The notes below the pieces were generated by a model. That model had not been told where the DNA came from and did no database searches. It saw only the letters and a program-made list of their open reading frames with translations. DNA of 64,000 nt from Narcine bancroftii (taxonomy: Eukaryota). Shown in pieces: positions 26,201 through 36,700 of this stretch; the stretch's first letter is position 1, and each line of letters opens with the position of its first letter. A program made the position numbers and the translations under genes. The DNA lies in assembly GCF_036971445.1 (NCBI RefSeq), contig NC_091473.1:195424001-195488000 (forward strand), given 5' to 3'.

Positions 26201-26841
26201 CTATCCACGCATCTCCCCCCACAGCGAGGGGTCCCAGTTCCCACTCTCACTACCCCTATTCCCCCCCACAGTGAGGGGTCGCAATTTCCATTCTCACTGC
26301 CCCTGTCCCCCCACCCCACCACAGTGAGTGGTCCCAGTTCCCCTTCCCCACCCCCACAGCATGGGGTACCAGCTCCCGTTCTCATTGCCACTTCTCCTCC
26401 CCCCCCCCCAGTGAGGGGTTATTGCTCGTTTTCACTGCCCCTGCCCTCCCATTCCCCCCCCCCCCACAGTAAGGGTTCGCAGCTCCTGTTCTCAGTGCCC
26501 CTGTCCACACATCTCCCCCCCACAGCGAGGGGTCCCAGCTCCCATTCTCACTGCTCCTGTCATTCCCCCCACAGTGAGGGGTCCCAGCTCCCATTCTCAC
26601 TGCCCCTGTCCCCCTCTCCCACAGCACGGGGTCCCAGCTCCCATTCTCACTGCCGCTGTTTTTCCCAACCCCTCTCCCTTGCAGCTGCAGGTCAGCCTCA
26701 ATGGAGGAGACCCTCTTCTGGCGCTTCGAAGGCACCGTGATCTCACTGGCCGCAGTCTTTGCTGCCCTGGTTGTGCTGCGTCAGAGGGCGCTTGACCGCC
26801 TGGCTTCAGAGAAGGTCCGCAAGCAGATAGAATCGATCTGA
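20154..26841 (+). CDS. JTB: Protein JTB (jumping translocation breakpoint), 5 coding exons: 20154-20272, 20968-21008, 21691-21776, 22035-22114, 26685-26841 (483 nt, 160 aa)
   Basis: Spliced translation MSTNWEVPTPFEGPALVNWCRQILRGFLLTLLYLFVVNVR-LADMLTLNEAKNSA-SSLPATPCWQREQFVVAGECKKCTLFEV-KTIFACVKTGFAMKIDCPTSQREEYKS-CRSASMEETLFWRFEGTVISLAAVFAALVVLRQRALDRLASEKVRKQIESI. This matches human JTB (PCWLVEEFVVAEEC; SCRSALMEQRLFWKFEG...EKVRKQIESI). All introns are GT-AG with compatible phases 2,1,0,2. Confidence 0.93.
20968..21008 (+). CDS. JTB: JTB coding exon 2
   Basis: Acceptor TTTTTGTCTTCCAG| and 41 nt long. The donor CAG|GTCTGT is weak, but the phases join exons 1 and 3 in frame. Confidence 0.7.
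21095..21498. repeat. ~51-53 bp tandem repeat in JTB intron 2; the same family occurs at ~27150-27385
   Basis: Unit GGGAGTGTGTGATGGGACAGTGTGGAGGGAGCTTCACTCTGTCTGACCCT, about 8 copies. Confidence 0.9.
21691..21776 (+). CDS. JTB: JTB coding exon 3
   Basis: Acceptor CTTCTCCCTGCAG| and donor |GTGAGT. Encodes PCWQREQFVVAGECKKC. Confidence 0.92.
21970..21990 (-). promoter_or_regulatory. RE1/NRSE (REST-binding) motif in JTB intron 3
   Basis: Minus strand TTCAGCACCGTGGAGAGCACA versus the canonical TTCAGCACCACGGACAGCGCC. Both half-sites are present with the correct 2-nt spacer. Confidence 0.65.
22035..22114 (+). CDS. JTB: JTB coding exon 4
   Basis: Acceptor TTCTTCTGCACAG| and donor AAG|GTAAGG. 80 nt; encodes KTIFACVKTGFAMKIDCPTSQREEYK. 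Confidence 0.9.
22780..24500 (+). mobile_element. CR1 fragment (22780-~23175 and ~24195-24500) interrupted by a minus-strand Rex1 fragment
   Basis: LYKTLVRPNLEYCVQFWSP...RGDLIE, resuming at RVVGVWNELP. Confidence 0.8.
23176..24180 (-). mobile_element. Rex1/Babar LINE fragment
   Basis: STGAPQGCVLSPLL, YKFADDT, TRFGNRCYPSTIRLLN. Confidence 0.82.
24830..26660. repeat. ~50-bp tandem array at the 3' end of JTB intron 4
   Basis: Unit CACAGTGAGGGGTCCCAGCTCCCATTCTCACTGCCCCTGT(C/T)n (CACAG at 26521, 26570, 26620). A higher-order block duplication places ~25430-25640 again at ~25860-26080. Confidence 0.95.
26685..26841 (+). CDS. JTB: JTB coding exon 5 (TM helix and C-terminus)
   Basis: Acceptor CTCTCCCTTGCAG|. 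157 nt, ending EKVRKQIESI-TGA. Confidence 0.95.
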
Positions 26842-27699
26842 GACCGGGAGAAAGGCGATGAGATGGCTGAGGATGGTGGGGGGGGGGATCAGGACATACC
26901 AGCTGCCGAGCGCAGATCCTCCCAGTGGATACACCGCTGAGCATGCTGCACTTGTACCTGTGGACAGCGCCACTAAGACTGTACTGACAGGCATGGCGTC
27001 TTGTGATTCGACTGGGGTCTGCATATTGACTGATGCGCCCACTCTGTGCTGAAACAGTGTTACCTCAATGTACAATACAGATGAAGATGGTGTCTCTTGC
27101 AGCTCACAGTTTCCATGAGTTGAATATTAATTGTAAACCTGTCCCCAGCATGGGGCACAGGGAGCTTCACTCTGTGACTGTCCTGGGAGTGTGTGAGTGT
27201 GTGCGGGGATGGTGTGGAGGGAGCTTCACTCTGTGTATGACCCCAGGAGTGAGTGATGGGACGGTGCTAAGGGAGCTTCACTCTGAGTCTGACCCTGGGG
27301 GTGTGTGATGGGACAGTGCAGAGGGAGCTTCACTCTGTGCCTGACCCGTGTGTGATGGGACTGTGAGGAGATTTAACTCTGATTGATGATGCCCTCCCTA
27401 TCTCTCCTTGCCAGCCCTTGACGTCAGGTGTGGGAAGGGATCACCAGCAAACACACTGAGCAAATATGATAACTGTCAACGTGGGGTGGGGGGAGATGGT
27501 CTATCTCTTCCTCTACTGTGGGGAGTGGTGGGGAAGAGGGACACGGTGGTGTGGGGGTGGTTAAGAGAACGGGGCTCCTGTTGAGGTGAGGGGGTGAGTG
27601 TGAGAGGGGGTCCCACGGGGATGGTGTGGAGAAGAGCTCCTGTGGGGGTAACGTCTCCCTCTCCCAGAGCCCCCACCCCTTAGAAATCCTGAATTCCCA

Positions 27700-28320
27700 G
27701 TCTCCCACGACCAGTTTGCTTCAGTCGTGCGCCCCCACCTCGCCAGACCGTTCGGCCCAGAGAATAGATCCTGTATGGGATCATGCCCTGCAGTTCCCGT
27801 GTCGCCTTACCTTGAACAATCGGATCCGTGGGATCTTGCCGTGCTCCCGCTGCCGTTCTTCACAGCCTGTTCCCTCTCCCGCCCCCATCCTCCCCTCCAC
27901 GGCCGGTAATCAGATAACGGGACATCCCGCACTGGGAGCCTCGCCTCTGACGAACACTGTCCGTCACCCCGAGTCGTTCGCTGGGTGATGGATGGGACGG
28001 GTAAACACCGCCGGAGGAGGGGCCGAGCCTTATCGCACCTCCAGCCGCCCGTCTGCGTATCGCCCCGCGCAGGAGTGATGGAAGAGCGGGGAGTATAAGT
28101 GTGAGGAGCCCCTCCGGTTGAACACACCGGCGGCGGGATGAAGGCGGCTTCTCGAGTCTGGCTTCTACTACTCCTCCCAGCTATGGGGCACGGGGCTGGG
28201 CAATGCTTCCTGGACGGGGCAGGTACGGCACCTTCCCCCGTCTCTCCGTGAGGCTGTGGTTGGCAACCCCCTCCCGTGCTGCCCGTCCTGGGATGCATCC
28301 AAGGTTCAGCGACCGGGATA
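27700..28320. promoter_or_regulatory. CpG-rich segment (left half of a putative LINGO promoter island)
   Basis: High CpG density between the JTB 3' end and the 37-bp array. Function is inferred. Confidence 0.4.
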
Positions 28321-28334
28321 GTCAGGGAAATAGA

Positions 28335-31300
28335 GGGTTACGGAGACCGGGAGGGATGTAGGGACTGGAGGGGGTTACGGAGACAGGGAGGGATGTAGGG
28401 ACTGGAGGGGGTTACGGAGACAGGGAGGGATGTAGGGACTGGAGGGGGTTACGGAGACCGGGAGTGATGTAGGGACTGGAGGGGGTTACGAGATAGGGAG
28501 GGATGTAGGGACTGGAGGGGGTTACGGAGACCGGGAGGGATGTAGGGACTGGAGGGGGTGTAGGGACTGGAGGGGGTTACGGAGACAGGGAGGGATGTAG
28601 GGACTGGAGGGGGTTACGGAGACAGGGAGGGATGTAGGGACTGGAGGGGGTTACGGAGACAGGGAGGGATGTAGGGACTGGAGGGGGTTACGGAGACAGG
28701 GAGGGATGTAGGGACTGGAGGGGGTTACGGAGACCGGGAGTGATGTAGGGACTGGAGGGGGTTACGAGATAGGGAGGGATGTAGGGACTGGAGGGGGTTA
28801 CGGAGACCGGGAGGGATGTAGGGACTGGAGGGGGTGTAGGGACTGGAGGGGGTGTAGGGACTGGAGGGGGTTACGGAGACAGGGAGGGATGTAGGGACTG
28901 GAGGGGGTTACGGAGACAGGGAGGGATGTAGGGACTGGAGGGGGTTACGGAGACAGGGAGGGATGTAGGGACTGGAGGGGGTTACAGAGACAGGGAGGGA
29001 TGTAGGGACTGGAGGGGGTTACGGAGACAGGGAGGGATGTAGGGACTGGAGGGGGTTACGGAGACAGGGAGGGATGTAGGGACTGGAGGGGGTTACGGAG
29101 ACAGGGAGGGATGTAGGGACTGGAGGGGGTTACGGAGACCGAGAGTGATGTAGGGACTGGAGGGGGTTACGGAGACCGGGAGGGATGTAGGGACTGGAGG
29201 GGGTTACGGAGACAGGGAGGGATGTAGGGACTGGAGGGGGTTACGGAGACAGGGAGGGATGTAGGGACTGGAGGGGGTTACGGAGACAGGGAGGGATGTA
29301 GGGACTGGAGGGGGTTACGGAGACAGGGAGGGATGTAGGGACTGGAGGGGGTTACGGAGACCGGGAGTGATGTAGGGACTGGAGGGGGTTACGAGATAGG
29401 GAGGGATGTAGGGACTGGAGGGGGTTACGGAGACCGGGAGGGATGTAGGGACTGGAGGGGGTGTAGGGACTGGAGGGGGTTACGGAGACAGGGAGGGATG
29501 TAGGGACTGGAGGGGGTTACGGAGACAGGGAGGGATGTAGGGACTGGAGGGGGTTACGGAGACAGGGAGGGATGTAGGGACTGGAGGGGGTTACGGAGAC
29601 AGGGAGGGATGTAGGGACTGGAGGGGGTTACGGAGACCGGGAGTGATGTAGGGACTGGAGGGGGTTACGAGATAGGGAGGGATGTAGGGACTGGAGGGGG
29701 TTACGGAGACCGGGAGGGATGTAGGGACTGGAGGGGGTGTAGGGACTGGAGGGGGTTACGGAGACAGGGAGGGATGTAGGGACTGGAGGGGGTTACGGAG
29801 ACAGGGAGGGATGTAGGGACTGGAGGGGGTTACGGAGACAGGGAGGGATGTAGGGACTGGAGGGGGTTACGGAGACAGGGAGGGATGTAGGGACTGGAGG
29901 GGGTTACGGAGACCGGGAGTGATGTAGGGACTGGAGGGGGTTACGAGATAGGGAGGGATGTAGGGACTGGAGGGGGTTACGGAGACCGGGAGGGATGTAG
30001 GGACTGGAGGGGGTTACGGAGACAGGGAGGGATGTAGGGACTGGAGGGGGTTACGGAGACAGGGAGGGATGTAGGGACTGGAGGGGGTTACAGAGACAGG
30101 GAGGGATGTAGGGACTGGAGGGGGTTACGGAGACCGGGAGGGATGTAGGGACTGGAGGGGGTTATGGAGACCGGGAGGGATGTAGGGACTGGAGGGGGTT
30201 ACGGAGACAGGGAGGGATGTAGGGACTGGAGGGGGTTACGGAGACCGAGAGTGATGTAGGGACTGGAGGGGGTTACGGAGACCGGGAGGGATGTAGGGAC
30301 TGGAGGGGGTTACGGAGACAGGGAGGGATGTAGGGACTGGAGGGGGTTACGGAGACAGGGAGGGATGTAGGGACTGGAGGGGGTTACGGAGACAGGGAGG
30401 GATGTAGGGACTGGAGGGGGTTACGGAGACAGGGAGGGATGTAGGGACTGGAGGGGGTTACGGAGATCGGGAATGATGTAGGGACTGGAGGTGGTGTAGG
30501 GACTGGAGGGGGTTACGGAGACAGGGAGGGATGTAGGGACTGGAGGGGGTTACGGAGACCGGGAGTGATGTAGGGACTGGAGGGGGTGTAGGGACTGGAG
30601 GGGGTTACGGAGACAGGGAGGGATGTAGGGACTGGAGGGGGTTACGGAGACAGGGAGGGATGTAGGGACTGGAGGGGGTTACGGAGACCGAGAGTGATGT
30701 AGGGACTGGAGGGGGTTACGGAGACAGGGAGGGATGTAGGGACTGGAGGGGGTTACGGAGACAGGGAGGGATGTAGGGACTGGAGGGTGTTACGGAGACA
30801 GGGAGGGATGTAGGGACTGGAGGGGGTGTAGGGACTGGAGGGGGTTACGGAGACAGGGAGGGATGTAGGGACTGGAGGGGGTTACGGAGACAGGGAGGGA
30901 TGTAGGGACTGGAGGGGGTTACGGAGACCGAGAGTGATGTAGGGACTGGAGGGGGTTACGGAGACAGGGAGGGATGTAGGGACTGGAGGGGGTTACGGAG
31001 ACAGGGAGGGATGTAGGGACTGGAGGGGGTTACGGAGACCGAGAGTGATGTAGGGACTGGAGGGGGTTACGGAGACAGGGAGGGATGTAGGGACTGGAGG
31101 GTGTTACGGAGACCGGGAGGGATGTAGGGACTGGAGGGGGTGTAGGGACTGGAGAGGGTTACGGAGACAGGGAGGGATGTAGGGACTGGAGGGGGTTACG
31201 GAGACAGGGAGGGATGTAGGGACTGGAGGGGGTTACGGAGACAGGGAGGGATGTAGGGACTGGAGGGGGTTACGGAGACCGGGAGGGATGTAGGGACTGG

Positions 31301-31560
31301 AGGGGGTTACGGAGACAGGGAGGGATGTAGGGACTGGAGGGGGTTACGGAGACCGGGAGTGATGTAGGGACTGGAGGGGGTTACGGAGACAGGGAGGGAT
31401 GTAGGGACTGGAGGGGGTTACGGAGACAGGGAGGGATGTAGGGACTGGAGGGGGTTACGGAGACAGGGAGGGATGTAGGGACTGGAGGGGGTTACGGAGA
31501 CAGGGAGGGATGTAGGGACTGGAGGGGGTGTAGGAGACAGGGAGGGTTGGAGGGGGTTAT
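28335..31560. repeat. G-rich 37-bp minisatellite, roughly 85 copies
   Basis: Unit GGAGACAGGGAGGGATGTAGGGACTGGAGGGGGTTAC, with variant units (GGAGACCGGGAGTGATG, ACGAGATAGGG and 18-bp partial units). Confidence 0.98.
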
Positions 31561-31777
31561 ACCGAGAGAGAGGATGCGTCCCTGGGACTGGCGGTGGATC
31601 CGGTTCCCCCGTCTCCCTCCTTCTCCGCCAGCTCGGAGCCCCCATCTTCACGGCCATTCTGTCCGCAGCAACCTGCGAGCACCGGGGCGCCCAGCTGGAG
31701 ATCGGAGACACTTGGATGAAGGAGGATTGTTATCAGTGCGTTTGTCTCAGTCCGTTTGGCGTCGGTTGTTGCGACAG
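31560..31777 (+). other. Candidate 5' non-coding exon of the LINGO gene in a CpG-rich region
   Basis: CpG-rich 31560-32230 with a consensus donor CAG|GTGAGT after 31777. The LINGO coding exon has an acceptor at 46821 that needs an upstream exon. Confidence 0.4.
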
Positions 31778-32394
31778 GTGAGTCTCGGAACTGGGAACAG
31801 GACCAATCTTCCCTGCAGAGACCTGGACGCCTCCTTCATCACGTGCTCCGCGATCCTCCCTCACTCCCTCCCTCACTCGCTCCCTCACCCCCACCCCCTC
31901 CCTGATCGCGGGACGGTGCGGAGAGAGGGAGGGAGGGAGGTTGGAGTGTTAGGGGAAGGTGCGGAGTGGACGGGAGGGAGGGAGTGTGGAGGGAGAGCGT
32001 CTGCGAGGGGACGGGTGCGGAGGGAGTTTCACTCTGTGTCATTGCCCCTTCCCTCCAGCATCCAACAGCCTGTTGACTACCCTGAATGGTGTGAGGTCGT
32101 CCTGAGGCCCGACTCCTGCCAGCTGGAGGTGGTCATGAAAGCAAATCCCAGGATACCTTGCCTCGGCAAGTCCTTTGCCAGACGCCTCCTTCTCCCCAGA
32201 GCGAGGGTGGAAGAGAACCGCCGCTGGATCGAATGAAAGTGAACCCTGGGGTGGTATCGCTCACAGGAGATCCCTCCCCCACTGTGAGGTGACCCTGCAT
32301 CTCAGCGTGCACTTCATTCCTGCTCCCGTCCACAAAGGCAGGGTCTGGTGAAACTTCAACCGGACATCAACTTTCCCCATGTCCATTACAATCC

Positions 32395-32910
32395 CCACCC
32401 CCCTCAGCTCTCCCCACGTCTCATTTCCTCGAGGTTTGATTCCCACCCCCCCCCATTTCCCCACCCCCTTCCTCCTGTTCTCTCTTCCCCCCATTTCCCT
32501 GTCCCCTTCCTCCTGTTCTCTCTTCCCCCCATTTCCCCATCCCCATTCCTCCTGTTCTCTCCCCCCATTTCCTCATTCCTCCTGTTTTCTTCCCCCATTT
32601 CCCCGTCGCCTTCCTCCTGTTTCTCTCCCCCATTTCCCCATCCTCTTCCTCCTGTTCTCTCCCCCATCCCCTTCCTCCTCTCTCCCCCATTTTCCCATCT
32701 CCTTTCTTCCTGTTCTCTCCCCATTTCACCATCCCCTTTTCTCCTGTTCTCTCTCCCTCCCCATTTCCCCATCCCCTTTCCTCCTGTTCTCTTCCCCGTC
32801 CCCTTTCCTCCTGTTCTCTTCTCCTCCCATTTCCCCGTTCCCTTTCCTCCTATTCTCACCCCCCCCACTTTCCCCTTCTCCTTCTCCCCTTTCTCTCTCC
32901 TCCCGTCTCC
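32395..32910. repeat. Polypyrimidine low-complexity tandem repeat
   Basis: CCCCATTTCCCCATCCCCTTCCTCCTGTTCTCT-like units. Confidence 0.9.
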
Positions 32911-33629
32911 TTTCACAGAGCCAAAATTAATTAACACCTTTTGTTTGTTGGTCTAAACTTCCCATCCTCCCCACCCACCCTCCTTCTCTCCCCATCTCTA
33001 TTCAGACACCTGTCTGCTTTTTACTTATACCTTGACTGTTCCTGTGGACACTGCAAGACCATCGAATGTGACAGCCCAGAAACAGGCCCTTCGGCCCTTC
33101 TCATCTGTGCCAAACCATATTGTTCTGCGTGATTCCACGGACCCACACCCAGTCCATATCCCTCCATACCCCTCCCTTCCAAATTCTGCTTAAATGTTAA
33201 AATTGAGCCCACATTCACCACTTCAGGGGGCAGCTCGTTCCACACTTTAACCACTCTCACCTTGAAGGTCCCCTTTCCCCTTTCACCCTTAACCCATGTT
33301 CTCTGGTTTGTATCTCACTACATTTATTCTGTCTGTCCTCCTAATCATTTTAAAAACCTCTATCAAATCTCCCCTCGTTCTCCCTGTTGAGTTTATCCAG
33401 AATCTCTGTATTTTGACCCCTCAATCACAGCATCTGCAGACATTTGTGTTTCACCCTCTGGTGTAAGTCATCCGGGAGCCCATTCTCGTGTTGCGTGTGC
33501 ACATGTGTGTGAGAGGGCAGTGCTTTCACCACCTCCTGTGTTCCCCTCCATGTTTTCCTCTCTGTTCAATATTAAATGAACATCCTGCAGTCATATGGGT
33601 GTGTTGTCATCCTTGGAACCACAAGCAGT

Positions 33630-34530
33630 CGGGATACACAAATAGGGGGAGTTGTGGATAGTGAGGAGGGTTTTCGGGAACTGCAGAAGGTTTTGGACTG
33701 TTTAGAAGAGTGGGGTGAAAGATGGCAGATGAAGTTTACTATCAATAAGTGTGAAGTACTTAATTATGGGAAGAATAATCAAAATACGAAATATGCAGTG
33801 AAGGGGAGGGCATTGAGGAATCCAGAGGAACTAAGATCTTGGAATAACGGTTCATCGTTCTTTGAGAGTGGACTCTTATGTAGATAGGGTGGTAAAGAAG
33901 GCTTTGGGTATGCTAGCGTTTATAAATCAAAGCATAGAATAAAGGAGCTGGGAGGTGGTATTAAGACTGTTCAAGGCATTGGTGAGGCCAAATTTGGAAT
34001 AGTGTGTGCAGTTCTGGGCCCCAAATTATAGGAAGGATATCAATAAGGTAGAGAGGGTTCAGAGAAGATTTACTAAGATGTTGCCTGGATTGCAGTATCT
34101 AGAATATGGAGAAAGACTGAGTAGACTGGGTCTTTATTCATTGGAGTGTAGAAGGTTGAGGGGGGATTTGATAGAGGTATTTAAAATTATGAGGGGGATA
34201 GATGTGAATAGGCTCTTCCCCTTGAGGGTAGGGGAGATTGGAACAAGGGGTCATGTTAAGGGTTAATGGGGCAAAACATTAGAAGTAACATGAAAGAGGG
34301 CTTCTTCACTCAGAGAGGGGTGGTTGAGTGGAATGACCTTCCGGAAGAGGTAGTTGCAGTAGGGTCAGTTTTCTCATTTAAGAGAAGGTTGGATGAGTGT
34401 ATGGTTGGGAGGGGATTGGAGGGTTCTGGGCAGGGAGCAGGTAGGTGGGACGAGAGGAGATCACTTAAATCGGTGCGGATTAGAGGGGCTGAGATAGCCT
34501 GTTTCCATACTAGAATTGTTATATGGTTAT
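33630..34530 (+). mobile_element. CR1 3' fragment
   Basis: DTQIGGVVDSEEG, WQMKFTINKCEV, QFWAPNYRKDI, RLRGDLIEVFKI. Confidence 0.87.
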
Positions 34531-34894
34531 GAGTGTCTTCACACAGGAAGCTTCAGCCTCGTTGAGGACCGTTCTGGTCACCCACGTCAAGGAGGGGTGT
34601 CATTAAACTGGAAACTTATGCTGAAAACATTAATCAGGGAAAGGAGACCTCAAATTATCAAGGAGAGATTCAATGTCTTTTGTTGTCATGTAATAAAATC
34701 AAATATGTAATATTACACAAAATTTCCTTTAACATAAGGCAGACAAAGATTTGCCATCAGCACCCGGTGCCTCTTACAGACAAAGAGAAGCAAGAGAGAG
34801 TCCCCTCAGAGAACGTGACCGTGGCCTTCGCAGCCGCACGGACTCCCCTTCGATCCAATCTGCCGCCCAAGCTCCAGGTCCAAACCTCCAACAC

Positions 34895-35360
34895 TTTGTT
34901 ACTCTGTCCGCCACAATAGCGGGGAATGCCCAGTGACCGCCCATTTCAATTCCCCGTCCCATTCCCTGGCTGACATGTCCGTCCTCAGTCTTGTGCCCGG
35001 CCGGACTGAGCCCACCCACAAACTGGGGGACAACACCTCATCTCCCGTCTGGGCTCCCTCCAACCGGATTGGATTAACATTGACCTTTCCGGTTTCCATT
35101 AATGCCCCCCTTCCCCCAGCTTGCACACTCTCTCTCTCCCCTTCAGTCTCCTTTCACAGAGCCAAAATCAGTTCCCATCTTTCCTCTTATCCAATTAACA
35201 CCTAGAGTTGGTCTGGACTCCTCCCCTTGCTAATCTTCAGTCTTTATTCTGACGCCTTCCTGTTCTCTGCTCATACTTTGAGGAAATATATCCGTACCCC
35301 CGTGGACGCTGCAAGACCAGCTGAGTCCCTCCAGCATCTCTGTGTGTTTTTACCAAAACT
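34895..35360 (+). mobile_element. Penelope-like element (GIY-YIG C-terminal) fragment
   Basis: VTAHFNSPSHSLADMSV...IGLTLTF, followed by the pyrimidine-rich tail and the GACGCTGC...GCTGAGT segment. Related to 41680-42310. Confidence 0.65.
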
Positions 35361-35859
35361 CCAACACAATCGGGAAGCCCTCAGCGCCCGGTGCCCTTCA
35401 GGGGCCCCTTTTACTACAAAACATATTGATTGATCGTCAAATCAAACTTGGTTCACATTGTGCTCCTGTTTTCGTTCGTTCGTGATTGACCTGATACAAC
35501 CATCTCACTGTTAGTCTTTCACTCCGAAAGCGCTCATAATTTGAAGAAATGACACATAAGGGGTTATCATTTGGGGAAATATTTTCCAGTCGACCCTCTT
35601 AATGAGTATTTGATTTACTCCAGTTTAATAAAGAAACTGATGCCCTTAATCCTCTCTGTAATAGAAGGAACTCTGTCAGATTCCAGTGTTAACAAGATTA
35701 GATGCTTGGCTCGGGAACCCTTCTTGCCCCCAGCACCCTCTTGAATCCTACCTCTGAGACCTGGTCCCCCTGACCCCATCTCCATCAGCCCATGTGGGTC
35801 CTGCAACCGCTGAGCCCCTCACTGGCTTGTTGTCGTAGCCATCCTCCTGTCAAGGATGG

Positions 35860-36700
35860 AGTGAAGGAGGCTGAGGTTCATCGATAAGGGTAGGGGAGTC
35901 TGAGACGAGGGGGACACCTTTTCCACACAGGGAGGTGGGAGCGTGGAACGAGCTGGCCGACAACGTGCTGGAGGATGGGACAGTTTGTGATGTTGGACAG
36001 ACATTTGGACAGGTCCGTGGATTGGGACGGTTCAGCAGGACGTGGGCTGAATGCAGGCAGATGGGACTGGCTCAGGTCAGGAACCCGGTCGGCAGAGATG
36101 AGTGGGGCCGAAAGGCCTGGCTGTGTGCTGCAAGGATCTCTGACTCCATGAATGGGGCACCTAGAATTTGAGAGAGGAGCAGAAATAGGCCATTCAGCCC
36201 ATCGAGTCTGCCCCACCATTCAAACATTTCCTCACTGCCTGGCCTTCTCCCCATTACCTTTGATCCCCTGGCTAATCAAGAACCTATCAATCTTTGCCTT
36301 ATGACCCGGCCTCCACAACCACCTGTGGCAACAACTTCCACAGATTCACCGCCCTCTGGCTGAAGAAATTCCTCCGCATTTCTGTTCTAAGCAGACACCC
36401 TTCAATTCCATCCTGAAATTGTGGCCTCTTGTCCCAGACGCTCCCACCATAGGAAACCACCTTTCTACATCTACTCAACATTCAACATGTTTCATTGAGA
36501 TTCCCCCTCATTCTCCTAAATTCCATGGAGTCCAGGCCGAGAGCTGTTGAACGCTCCTTGTGATTATTATCCTGTGGTTCTCCAGAGGAAGATCCTTTCT
36601 TGAACGAGGAGCCCAGAACTGCTCCCTGTTCTCCACTCTCACCAGTGCTACAAAGCCTCAACATTGTGTCCCATATCTGAGCTGGATCCTCCCCAACGAA
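35860..36700. mobile_element. CR1 3' fragments (+ strand 35860-36160, - strand 36170-36700)
   Basis: GAWNEL on +. EMRRNFFSQRAVNLW and RRMRGNL on -. Confidence 0.75.

Noticed and set aside
28335-31560. CRISPR-like array
   Set aside because: These are head-to-tail repeats with no unique spacers and no cas genes, in a vertebrate context. The same applies to the arrays at 21095, 24830 and 40220.
32348-32956. Pro/Phe/Ser-rich ORFs, likewise those at 24880-26740 and 60726-61265
   Set aside because: Low-complexity or tandem-repeat translations.
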